From Bacteroidales bacterium (GTDB lineage: Bacteria > Bacteroidota > Bacteroidia > Bacteroidales > VadinHA17), in NCBI GenBank assembly GCA_025454815.1, contig JALONR010000004.1:17583-81582 (forward strand): a stretch of 64,000 nt of DNA. Direction: 5' to 3'. Positions 44,526 through 53,448 of the stretch are shown piece by piece. A model generated the notes under the pieces. The model was not told the origin of the DNA. It made no database searches and worked only from the letters and a program-made list of their open reading frames with translations. A program made the position numbers and the translations under genes. Position 1 is the stretch's first letter, and every line of letters starts with the position of its first letter.

Positions 44526-45434
44526 ATGACCATGAAAAAGACCTCCCTGCCGTTCGTGCTCATTGTGATGACAGTAGTCAGCACCTCCTGCACAACTTTT
44601 GTCCCGATGATGAAGACTTATCCTCCGGAGGCGACTCTTCCGGCAGACAGCTCCAGGTTCCTGTTCGTCAACTTTTATGATTACATGGCCCCTGCCTATA
44701 TAAAAGAGAGAGATGAATCAGCATATGCTGAATCAGTTAGAGGATATGCTGTGGGCCTGTCATCAATGACAGGCCAGGATCCCAGGGCGACATTCATGGT
44801 TGGCGATACCCTGAAAAAAGGGTTTACCGTAATCTCAATGCAGTATCCGGAATTTAAGGATACCATCGCGGCTATATGCGCGAAATACAATGCAAACATG
44901 CTGGTGGCACTTGATTCGGTAAGGCTCTGGATTGAATCGGAATTCTATATTGCCGAGGGTGATGAAGGGGGCAGCGTCATGGCCAAGGATTTCTACCTGT
45001 ACTCCAACACCTACATGACGCTTTATACTGCCGACGGTGAAATCATTGACAGGTGTGCCGGGGAAAAGAGCACATATGTCAAGTCAAAGTACACCATATT
45101 TGGCATGATCGGAGGGCCTGCCGTGGCCGGACAGAAGGAGAGGGCGAAGATGTTGGCCGAAGCTGCAGCCCGTGATTGTATCGGAAGATACTTTCCATTT
45201 ACGGAACACTATACAGGAAAGTTATACACCGGAGGCGCACTGAACAAACCCAACCTGCTCATCATGGAAGGAAAGCCGGAGGAGGCTGTGCCACTGCTGA
45301 CTGAACTCTCCCTGTCACCATCATCATCCCTTGCCCAGAAGGCACTCCACAACCTTGAGATAGCCAGGGAAATCATCGAAAACAAACGCATAGCCCAGGA
45401 GGTCTGGAGTAACTTTGGTGTTCTGAAGGAGTAA
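44526..45434 (+). CDS. Lipoprotein of unknown function
   Basis: 302-aa ORF. Lipobox VSTSC. No motif I can assign. The C-terminal part looks helical or TPR-like. Confidence 0.7.
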   Translation: MTMKKTSLPFVLIVMTVVSTSCTTFVPMMKTYPPEATLPADSSRFLFVNFYDYMAPAYIKERDESAYAESVRGYAVGLSSMTGQDPRATFMVGDTLKKGFTVISMQYPEFKDTIAAICAKYNANMLVALDSVRLWIESEFYIAEGDEGGSVMAKDFYLYSNTYMTLYTADGEIIDRCAGEKSTYVKSKYTIFGMIGGPAVAGQKERAKMLAEAAARDCIGRYFPFTEHYTGKLYTGGALNKPNLLIMEGKPEEAVPLLTELSLSPSSSLAQKALHNLEIAREIIENKRIAQEVWSNFGVLKE

Positions 45435-45540
45435 TCAGGCCAACTATCAAAACTGCTGATTCAAGTGCGGGTACGGCTGGCAGGAGCCGGCTTTATTCGC
45501 AGCGAGCAGCAAATCCGTATTGTATTACCGGCAGTCTCTC

Positions 45541-47865
45541 CTACTGAAACAGCACCTCCGGCGGCACTGCCTGCCTGGCAACACCCGGTCCTTCCCAGCT
45601 CAGGCTTAGGCTCTGGCGATAAAGTCTCTGAAAATAGAGAACTTCAATAGCATGGTACCCGGTTCTGAGGGCAGCCCTCCCCTCGTTTGTGATGCCATGG
45701 TGAAGCACATCGCCGTCAACAACAAGCTCATCATCAATAAGCACCCTGACACCGTCATCAGAGCCTGTGTAAAACGTCCAGACACCGTCGGCGGGAATCA
45801 TGATGTAACCCTTCAACACCAGTCCGAAGTTAACAGCCGGAGAACCTGCCGGTATATGTATAGTCGTGACAATCCCGGCCGAATCGGCTTCCCCCGCAAT
45901 CTCCTTCACCGAGTCGAACTCACCCCTGAAAAGGCTGAATTGCAGGCCGGGCTTCAATGCTTCAACGGCTGTTGCCTCCTGCAGTTCTGCATTCCTGAGA
46001 ATCCCGGTCATGATTGCGCTCATCCTTCCCCCGGGCATAACCGTAACCGATTTGAGGATTGTTTCTTCTTTCAGTTCAAGGATCATCGGTCCTGAATAGC
46101 GATCAGATCTTTGATCCGGATCACTGCCGTCAGTGGTGTAATAAATTCCGGAGCCGGGGATTCCGTTGGTGAGTTCCAACCGGAGACTGTTTTCCGTTAC
46201 CAGGTTTATGGCCTCGTACCCCTGAGGGTAAGGTACCCTGTAGTTCAGTTCCATGGCATCATATCGTGCATAATGTGCCGCCATGCGGTCTGTAAATCCC
46301 TGGAAATCAAGCTTTTCGCGGGGCGTCCACAATGCTTCGGCAAGGGCGGCAAGTCGGGGAAAGGCCATGTACTCAACATGCTTCTCATTGGTAATGTACT
46401 CCGTCCATATGTTTGCCTGCGCTCCGATGATATGATGCCTCTTATCCTCAGAAATTTCAGGTGGCATAATATCTATTGAGTATACTTTTTCAAGTGGAAG
46501 CATCCCTCCTATTGCCAGAGGCTCATTGTATTCTGACTGGTAATAGTCAAGATAAACGAAGGAATGAGGTGTCATCACCACATCATGACCCATATTGGCT
46601 GCCTGGATTCCCCCGGTGTGGCCTCTCCATGACATCACGGCAGCATTGTCAGCAATTCCTCCTTCCAGAATCTCATCCCAGCCGATGATCTTTTTTCCTT
46701 TTGTTGCCAGGAATGCCTCCATACGCTTCACAAAGTAACTCTGCAGTTCATGTTCATCCTTCAGGTTATTGTCAGAAATCCTCTTCTGGCAGAGGGGGCA
46801 CTGCTCCCATCTCACCTTCGGGCACTCATCACCGCCAATATGTATGTACTCATAAGGGAATAGCTCTGCAACCTCACTGAGGACACCTTCCAGGAACCTG
46901 AAAGTCTCCTCCTTTCCGGCACAGAATACATCTTCTGATACTCCCCACCTGTTGAACGGCGGTACCGGCCCGCCCGTGCATGATAACTCAGGATAGGCCT
47001 GCAGGGCTGCCACGGCATGGCCTGGCATCTCTATCTCGGGGAGTACATTGATATGGAGCCGGGCCGCATACTCCACTACTTCCCGCACATCCTGCCTGGT
47101 ATAAAAGCCGCCATACCTGGTGCCGTCATAAACCCATGGCGTTTCGCTGCCATGACCAATAAGCGTCTCATCCCTCCATGCAGCCACCCTGGCCAGTTCA
47201 GGGTAATTCTCTATCTCAATCCTCCATCCCTGGTCATCGGTCAGATGCCAGTGAAAGGTATTAAGCTTATGTATGGCCATGGCATCAAGCATCCTGAAGA
47301 TGAATTCCTTAGGGAAAAAATGCCTTGAAACATCAAGATGCATCCCTCTCCACCTGTACCGGGGTGTATCCGATATTTTCACATATGGGATTGCTATTGC
47401 TCCCTTTTCAGCTTTCTGTGAAGGAAAAATCAACTGCATCAGTGTCTGGAAAGCATAAAAGAGACCCGCATCATCACCGGCTTCTATCCTTATGCCTTCA
47501 CCGGTCACCTCCAGGATGTAAGCCTCAGGATTGTCTGTCAGGCTGTCATACCTTGCCTGAACATGACTTACAGTTTCATGTTCGCCGGACTCAACAACCC
47601 TTATATCTCCATAGTGTTTTTCAAGAAAACGGTTGAACATTTCAATTATGTCAACCCCGGATGTGAAGTCAGGGTCAATCTTCACCGCAGTACCCTGCTT
47701 AAGCATGAAAGTACCATCTTCAATTTGCATCATGGCCGGAACCGGCACAAGGGAATACTGATCATATTGAGTCATTCTGTTTCTGTCTGAGCATGAAACT
47801 GAGACGATCAGCAGGAGTGTCACGATTGCTTCTCCGGCAATCCGTTTAAAGATATTGTTTTTCAT
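45541..47865 (-). CDS. GH20 beta-N-acetylhexosaminidase with a C-terminal PA14 domain, lipoprotein
   Basis: 774 aa. Lipobox VSVSC. Motifs RGMHLDVSRHF, FHWHLTDDQGWR and IHIGGDE. PA14-like GYIMIPADGVWTFYTGSDDGVRVLIDDELV. Confidence 0.9.
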   Translation of the reverse strand: MKNNIFKRIAGEAIVTLLLIVSVSCSDRNRMTQYDQYSLVPVPAMMQIEDGTFMLKQGTAVKIDPDFTSGVDIIEMFNRFLEKHYGDIRVVESGEHETVSHVQARYDSLTDNPEAYILEVTGEGIRIEAGDDAGLFYAFQTLMQLIFPSQKAEKGAIAIPYVKISDTPRYRWRGMHLDVSRHFFPKEFIFRMLDAMAIHKLNTFHWHLTDDQGWRIEIENYPELARVAAWRDETLIGHGSETPWVYDGTRYGGFYTRQDVREVVEYAARLHINVLPEIEMPGHAVAALQAYPELSCTGGPVPPFNRWGVSEDVFCAGKEETFRFLEGVLSEVAELFPYEYIHIGGDECPKVRWEQCPLCQKRISDNNLKDEHELQSYFVKRMEAFLATKGKKIIGWDEILEGGIADNAAVMSWRGHTGGIQAANMGHDVVMTPHSFVYLDYYQSEYNEPLAIGGMLPLEKVYSIDIMPPEISEDKRHHIIGAQANIWTEYITNEKHVEYMAFPRLAALAEALWTPREKLDFQGFTDRMAAHYARYDAMELNYRVPYPQGYEAINLVTENSLRLELTNGIPGSGIYYTTDGSDPDQRSDRYSGPMILELKEETILKSVTVMPGGRMSAIMTGILRNAELQEATAVEALKPGLQFSLFRGEFDSVKEIAGEADSAGIVTTIHIPAGSPAVNFGLVLKGYIMIPADGVWTFYTGSDDGVRVLIDDELVVDGDVLHHGITNEGRAALRTGYHAIEVLYFQRLYRQSLSLSWEGPGVARQAVPPEVLFQ

Positions 47866-47965
47866 TCTCTGTAAATTTCAATTTCCACTGACGAGGTGGA
47901 ACCTGTGCGGAAGGGCATTTTCTGATCCCTGTTTGAACCGGGCCTGATGCAGGTTTTATTTCCCT

Positions 47966-49081
47966 TCAGACTTTTAGAAAAATCCTCTTCCGGTAAAGGA
48001 ACCAGAGGAAAAGCCAGACAACAGCAATATATCCGAGAGAGCTGATGAAGGGCTGTACCACTTCCGGCGACAGGTTATAAATACCTTTCAGGAAAAAATC
48101 ACGTATAATGTCAAACCTGAGTATCCTGTGCTGCAGCACATAAATGGTTATTGAGTTCATGCCGATGACGACAAAGAAGAATGCCCATTTTCTTATCTTC
48201 CAGACATCAATGATCAGGTAGAAGAGGCCCAGCAGCATGAGGCTCCAGCCACCCGCGTAAAGCACAAATGAACTGGTCCACAGGTTTTTGTTCACAGGGA
48301 AGAATGTGCCCCAGATGATGCCGAGCAGGAGGCTTGCAATTCCTGCACCAATGATTATCATGGCTTTCCTCATGCCGGTGAGTCCTCCCCTCACACTGCG
48401 AAGCAGGTGTCCGGCAAAGACCCCCAGCAGGGCGGTGGAGACAGAAGGAATGGTACTAAGGATACCCTCCGGCTCATTGAACTCGGTATACATTGTTCCG
48501 GGCAGCAGGAGCCGGTCAATATGGCCGGCCAGGTTACCCTCGGGTGTCAGCACTCCGGCACCAAAACCCGGTACCGGTACCAGCAGCATCAGCAGGCAAT
48601 ATATGATCAGCAGTCCCCAGAACCATGCTACCTGCCATTTCAGACCGCTATTAAGCACAATCATTGCGGCCAGGAACCATGCTATCCCGATCCTGCCGAG
48701 TACACTTGCAAAGCGCAGGTTATCCGGGTTAAGCTCCAGGATCCGGTTTACCAGCATTCCCAGTACCACCAGTACCACCATTCTCTTCACGGCATGCAGG
48801 TATATTTTTCTGCGGCTGTCACCCCTTTCGGTTCTCGCTGCGAAGGAATATGGCATTGAAACTCCTGCCAGGAAGAGAAACAGGGGAAAAATCATGTCAT
48901 AAAAAGCAAAACCATTCCATTCCACATGGTGCATCTGCGAGTTCATCCACTCAAACAGTGGCCATCCTGTTACTGTGGCAAGGGCAAAGACAAACTTTTG
49001 TCCCCCCGTGATCCAGAGCATGTCAAAACCTCTGAGGGCGTCGAGGCTGTATAGCCTTTGATCTCCTGTTGATTCCTTCAT
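47966..49081 (-). CDS. Polytopic membrane acyltransferase-like protein (DUF5009 / NagX / heparan-alpha-glucosaminide N-acetyltransferase-like)
   Basis: 371 aa and multi-TM. N-terminal RLYSLDALRGFDMLWI motif typical of this family. Confidence 0.8.
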   Translation of the reverse strand: MKESTGDQRLYSLDALRGFDMLWITGGQKFVFALATVTGWPLFEWMNSQMHHVEWNGFAFYDMIFPLFLFLAGVSMPYSFAARTERGDSRRKIYLHAVKRMVVLVVLGMLVNRILELNPDNLRFASVLGRIGIAWFLAAMIVLNSGLKWQVAWFWGLLIIYCLLMLLVPVPGFGAGVLTPEGNLAGHIDRLLLPGTMYTEFNEPEGILSTIPSVSTALLGVFAGHLLRSVRGGLTGMRKAMIIIGAGIASLLLGIIWGTFFPVNKNLWTSSFVLYAGGWSLMLLGLFYLIIDVWKIRKWAFFFVVIGMNSITIYVLQHRILRFDIIRDFFLKGIYNLSPEVVQPFISSLGYIAVVWLFLWFLYRKRIFLKV

Positions 49082-49084
49082 TTT

Positions 49085-49816
49085 TCAGATTATTTCCACC
49101 CTGTCAATAACCACTTCAGCCTCTTTGCCATCCGAGGGAGGTGTTCCCCTGAAGAGCCACAGGTTCATCTTCAGCTTCTCGTCACTGTCCGGTGGAATGT
49201 CATCGCCGTAGTAACGCCAGCGTGCGATAATCTCTGTTTCGTTTACTGGCTGTTTCCTGTGACCGTGATAGCTGGCAAAATCGATCCATTTCCTCGTCCA
49301 GTCAAAGAGATGTGTTGAATAGGTCCCTTCCATATTCATTCTGAAACGAGCCTTGTTACCCGTTACATGAGAAGGCTGGATGGCATACTGCGCCTCCTGG
49401 TTATTTTCAATTCCCCATTGCGAAAACTCAATGTCAATCTCCTCATTATCATTCTTGTAGGTATAGAGTCCCCATACCACCTGCCGGTCAAGGCTGTCAG
49501 GCCTGGTGGAAACATAAAAAATATATCTTCCGTAACCGGTATGCCTGGCAAGCTCAACCCTGGCACAATGCCATTTTTCATTCCGGAATGTGATCTTCAG
49601 GTGGAGCCTCCCTTTTTCATCAACCCACACATTCTCCTCAGAATCAGAGAAGTAGTTCGGACCAGGGCCTGCCTTTTTTCCCTCTGAGTTGGATACAACC
49701 CATTCATAGCCTGAAAAACTGATTACCCGTGCTCCTTCAGGTATTATAAATTCCGGCTCACTGGCGGAGCATCCGGCTATGGCAAACAGCATTGAAACAG
49801 CTAAAAATCTGAGCAT
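49085..49816 (-). CDS. Small GH16-like (beta-jelly-roll) glycoside hydrolase lipoprotein
   Basis: Catalytic-type motif NEEIDIEFSQWG (ExDxE). Start taken at the ATG at 49816 (MLRFLAVSMLFAIAGC lipobox). The longer track ORF would overlap nagA. Confidence 0.7.
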   Translation of the reverse strand: MLRFLAVSMLFAIAGCSASEPEFIIPEGARVISFSGYEWVVSNSEGKKAGPGPNYFSDSEENVWVDEKGRLHLKITFRNEKWHCARVELARHTGYGRYIFYVSTRPDSLDRQVVWGLYTYKNDNEEIDIEFSQWGIENNQEAQYAIQPSHVTGNKARFRMNMEGTYSTHLFDWTRKWIDFASYHGHRKQPVNETEIIARWRYYGDDIPPDSDEKLKMNLWLFRGTPPSDGKEAEVVIDRVEII

Positions 49817-49847
49817 ATCTGTATCTCTTACCCTTATATCAGTAAAA

Positions 49848-51110
49848 TTACAATCTGAAAACTGTTTTTCCCCCCTTGATGGTCCTGACAACACCCAGGC
49901 GGTCATCATCCTGCCTTAGAATCACAATGTCAGCCACTCCTCCGGTCCCCAGGAAACAATCACCCCCTGCACCTGCCAGTCGGTAAGGAATTCTTCCTGC
50001 CATATCAAGGGCTTCGGCAAGAGTTACAAGCTGCCTGGAAGCGAGGGTCTGTACGCAGTGGAGCAGTGATTTGCCTGAACCTGCCAGCATATCAGGGTTA
50101 CCCCTTACATGCAGCTTACCTCCTTCCGTCAGTGTCACCTCTCCTCCAATATGTGTCTGGTAGTCTCCCGGCGGCATACCTGTCAGTCCTGTTGCATCGC
50201 TGACCAGGATTGTCTTTCCGGGCTTCATCCTCAGGAAGACTTTCATAAGGGAATCGGGAAGATGAAAACCGTCTGAAATAATTGTCGCATAAAGTTCATC
50301 GGCGGCCAGCTGCTCCCACAGGTAATTTCTGTGCCTGTGTAGCATCTGGTGTGAGCCGTTGCCCAGGTGTGTCGATAGGGTTGCTCCTGCATCCACGGCT
50401 TCCCTTATCTGGCCGGGGGTAGCCGAGGTGTGGCCTATGGCAACTATTACGCCGCTTTCTGCAGCCCTTTTTATGAATTCAGCCGAGCCGGGCCATTCAG
50501 GTGAGAGTGTGATAATGCGGATCATTCCGCCGCACGATTCCTGGAGCCGACAGAAGAAATCCCAGTCGGGCGGTCTCACATGCTCTGCAGGATGCGCACC
50601 CCTGGCCCCGTTTTCGGGTGAGATAAACGGACCTTCGAGATGAATACCACCCACAGCCCCTGCAGCCTCGGGGAAGAGACGGCAGGCCTCTGCAACCGAC
50701 CCAAGGGATCGCTGAAGGTTCTCTGTACTGTTTGTGATCAACGTCGGAAGGAAGGTTGTCACCCCTTCTTCCCAAAGCTTTGCCGAGATATCCCTGACTA
50801 CTTCAGGCAGGAGTGGTTCTGTATTCAGATCGAGACCGGCATAGCCGTTTACCTGCAGGTCACACAGACCCGGGGAAATGATCAATCCCGTTCCTGCCGA
50901 CCTGTCAGTTGGTTTGCCGTCTGCCTCGTAACCTGTTTTGCCGTCTGCCTCGTAAGTTGTCTTGCCGGCAGCCCTGTGAGATGCATTGCCGGCAGCGGTG
51001 TCACAGCATGATATTCCGGTGATAACTCCTCCGTTAAGATTGATGGTCACCATTTCGCCTGTCTGGTAGTGGCGACCAATAATCTTAGCTTCCCCGTTGT
51101 GTGTAATCAT
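49848..51110 (-). CDS. nagA: N-acetylglucosamine-6-phosphate deacetylase with an N-terminal repeat insertion
   Basis: Motifs GLCDLQVNGYAGLDLN, IHLEGPFISPENGARGAHP, AIGHTSA and THLGNG. Extra AAGKTTYEADGKTGYEADGKPTD segment before the first metal-binding motif. Confidence 0.9.
   Translation of the reverse strand: MITHNGEAKIIGRHYQTGEMVTINLNGGVITGISCCDTAAGNASHRAAGKTTYEADGKTGYEADGKPTDRSAGTGLIISPGLCDLQVNGYAGLDLNTEPLLPEVVRDISAKLWEEGVTTFLPTLITNSTENLQRSLGSVAEACRLFPEAAGAVGGIHLEGPFISPENGARGAHPAEHVRPPDWDFFCRLQESCGGMIRIITLSPEWPGSAEFIKRAAESGVIVAIGHTSATPGQIREAVDAGATLSTHLGNGSHQMLHRHRNYLWEQLAADELYATIISDGFHLPDSLMKVFLRMKPGKTILVSDATGLTGMPPGDYQTHIGGEVTLTEGGKLHVRGNPDMLAGSGKSLLHCVQTLASRQLVTLAEALDMAGRIPYRLAGAGGDCFLGTGGVADIVILRQDDDRLGVVRTIKGGKTVFRL
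50911..51006. repeat. Four tandem 24-bp units (two near-identical, two degenerate) inside nagA
   Basis: GGTTTGCCGTCTGCCTCGTAACCT / GTTTTGCCGTCTGCCTCGTAAGTT / GTCTTGCCGGCAGCCCTGTGAGAT / GCATTGCCGGCAGCGGTGTCACAG. These encode 8-aa repeats A(A/D)GK..YE. Confidence 0.8.
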
Positions 51111-51119
51111 ATTGTAATA

Positions 51120-52586
51120 CTATTTACTGATGGAGTTCAGCAGGATGTCAACCTTCCCGGGAACACTTTTCCTGCTGAGCAATCCAACTGCAATATACAA
51201 CAACAACGAAGTAAAGAGAGGCACCCCCACCTCCATGGCGAGTGATGCTCCGGGAATCAGTTTGACCACGATAAATCCTGTTATACCGGCCACAATTGAG
51301 ATGATGGCTATGTTGCTGTCACACCTGCGGAAGGCGGGCAGCAGTCCCAGTATCATCGGTATTGCGATGGGGCCCAGCAGCGCTGCAAACCATGAAACTA
51401 TCAATCCGAACACCCCCCCGAAACTCTCGGCATTTATGGCAATAAGTATTGTCAGTACAGTAAATGAGAATGTGGAAATCCTGGCAATGAGAAGTGTCTT
51501 CTTTCGGCTGAATCCTTCAAATCCCTTTATGAAACGGGGCATAATGTCACGGGTTATGACGGCAGAAATGGTATTTGCATCAGAAGAGGTCATTGAGAGG
51601 GTGTTGGTAAACAGCGAAGCCATCACCAGCCCCACCAGACCTGCCGGTAAAAACTTAATGGCAAGCAGGCCGTATGACCTGGTCGGGTCTTCAAGCCCGG
51701 GCAGAAAAATGGGTGCTGCAAACATGGGGAAAAAAAGCACTATAGGCCACAGGAGGTAGAGCACCGATGATAGTGTAGCTGCCTTTTTGGCCACCTGCCC
51801 GGAGGAAGAGGCAATGAACCGGGTGGCCAGATGCCAGGTGCCCCCGCTATAGCTGAAGAAGTCAATAATCACCATCGCAATAAGGAACTGCCAGGTATAC
51901 GGGTCACTGAAAAGGGCAGAATGGCCCTCCGGGAGCTTATCCCATATTGTGAAGAACCCGGAGGCTCCGTCACCAAGGTTGATCAGCACTATCACGAACA
52001 TGGTTATACCGGCAACCAGTTGCACCAGAAACTGGGCAAAATCGTTCACCACATCGGCCCATAATCCGCCCAGGGTGCTGTAGATTAGCGAGACCGATCC
52101 GGCCAGCAGTATGCCTGTAAGAAATGATGTACCTGCAAATATGTTAAGCAGAACTGCAATGGCCGCCCATTTGGCCCCCACGTCAAATATCTTTATGATC
52201 ACCCCTGACCATGCTATCAGTTGCTGGGTGTTGAGGTTATAACGGGTAAGAAGATATTCGGTAGGCGACTGTATGCCGGTTGCTATCCTTAATCTTGCCC
52301 AGCGGGGAGCGATGAGATGTGCCCCAAGAAATGTTGCAGCAGCCACGGCACAGGCCCACCATACATAGATTGTCAGGCCGTGTGTATAGGCTATCCCTGC
52401 ATACGCCACAAATACAGCGCCGCTGTAACCCGAAACATGGTGTGAGACTCCCGAGAGCCACCATGGCAGCCTGCCTCCTGCCGTGAAAAAGTCAGCCGAA
52501 TTCTTGACCCTCATGTAGGCCCAGAACCCGATTGATATCAGCAGCAGGAAATAAAGGGTAAGGACAATCCAGTCTATAAGTTGCAT
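51120..52586 (-). CDS. Sodium:solute symporter (SSS family) inner-membrane transporter
   Basis: 488 aa with about 13 hydrophobic segments and a typical SSS N-terminus (DWIVLTLYFLLLISIGFWA...FFTAGGRLPWW). Confidence 0.85.
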   Translation of the reverse strand: MQLIDWIVLTLYFLLLISIGFWAYMRVKNSADFFTAGGRLPWWLSGVSHHVSGYSGAVFVAYAGIAYTHGLTIYVWWACAVAAATFLGAHLIAPRWARLRIATGIQSPTEYLLTRYNLNTQQLIAWSGVIIKIFDVGAKWAAIAVLLNIFAGTSFLTGILLAGSVSLIYSTLGGLWADVVNDFAQFLVQLVAGITMFVIVLINLGDGASGFFTIWDKLPEGHSALFSDPYTWQFLIAMVIIDFFSYSGGTWHLATRFIASSSGQVAKKAATLSSVLYLLWPIVLFFPMFAAPIFLPGLEDPTRSYGLLAIKFLPAGLVGLVMASLFTNTLSMTSSDANTISAVITRDIMPRFIKGFEGFSRKKTLLIARISTFSFTVLTILIAINAESFGGVFGLIVSWFAALLGPIAIPMILGLLPAFRRCDSNIAIISIVAGITGFIVVKLIPGASLAMEVGVPLFTSLLLYIAVGLLSRKSVPGKVDILLNSISK

Positions 52587-52597
52587 ATCCTTAGTTT

Positions 52598-53446
52598 TTA
52601 CTTTTTGTTACTTTTCACCAATGAGAGCCATGCCAGTGCATACCGTCTGCCCATAATCCTTTGCGACGGGCCGTCAAAGTGAACCATGTCTGGTTTCGGT
52701 TTGGTTCCGAACGAACGTGCAATTGCCGTATTGGGGTCATCAGTTGCAACAGATAAGAGGATTTCATTGATCCGGAGATACTCCAGCCTTTGCTTTTCAA
52801 CTCCGGGGAAGAGGCCCAGTTCACCCGCAACCACAGGCAAATCAGGGTCTCCGGCCACGTTTCGGAAATATTCAAACAGCTTTTCTGTATTCTCCCGGAA
52901 AACTGGTATTTTTTCAGTATTTGCATCTGACTCCCCCTGGTGCCATATAATTCCTTTCACCGTTCCATAATTCATGGCCCACCTCAGTTTTTCGGTCAGG
53001 TTGCTTTTCAGCCTGACACCATTGTAAACTGAATCACTCAGCCAGTTAGCGGTGGAGCTTCCTCCTACGGCACAGGGAATCAGTCCGATATAAATATCCT
53101 CATCAAGCTTCTCCATGAGTGTCCTTGCAAATGCCAGTCCGGGGCCAAGGCCGGTTAGTGCCGGCTGGTAGAGCTGCAGAGGTTCCTTCGCCACAGCCCA
53201 CTTATTATCAGGTGTGACAAAGAAAATGCGTTTATCCGGAACGGTATCGGAGGGCTCCACCAGACCCCGGCCAGCCATGTTCGACTGCCCAGCCAGAACA
53301 AAGAGCCATACTTTTTCCGGCGGAGGCATTTCAGCAACATAATCAGTGAACACGGGGAAAAACCTGGTACGCTCATCCTGTGCCGATACCACATGGGTCG
53401 AAAGGACCATGGCCATTAAAAGAATATTCCTGACAGGCATCCTCAT
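52598..53446 (-). CDS. SASA-family (sialate O-acetylesterase-like, DUF303) carbohydrate esterase, secreted
   Basis: Active-site motif FVLAGQSNMAGRG and a later WHQGESD. The ATG at 53446 is preferred over the track's GTG at 53452. Confidence 0.85.
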   Translation of the reverse strand: MRMPVRNILLMAMVLSTHVVSAQDERTRFFPVFTDYVAEMPPPEKVWLFVLAGQSNMAGRGLVEPSDTVPDKRIFFVTPDNKWAVAKEPLQLYQPALTGLGPGLAFARTLMEKLDEDIYIGLIPCAVGGSSTANWLSDSVYNGVRLKSNLTEKLRWAMNYGTVKGIIWHQGESDANTEKIPVFRENTEKLFEYFRNVAGDPDLPVVAGELGLFPGVEKQRLEYLRINEILLSVATDDPNTAIARSFGTKPKPDMVHFDGPSQRIMGRRYALAWLSLVKSNKK

Positions 53447-53448
53447 GA

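Noticed and set aside
23157-45434. An impression that the central region is more GC-rich than the flanking PULs, which could mean horizontal transfer
   Set aside because: Spot counts of single 60-nt lines ranged from about 42% to 58% inside one locus, so I cannot establish a shift by eye. No integrase, tRNA or direct-repeat boundary is present. A sliding-window GC and codon-usage calculation is needed.
49817-49909. N-terminal extension of the GH16-like ORF overlapping the nagA 3' end
   Set aside because: The internal ATG at 49816 yields a canonical lipoprotein signal (MLRFLAVSMLFAIAGC). The extension would overlap nagA by 62 nt.
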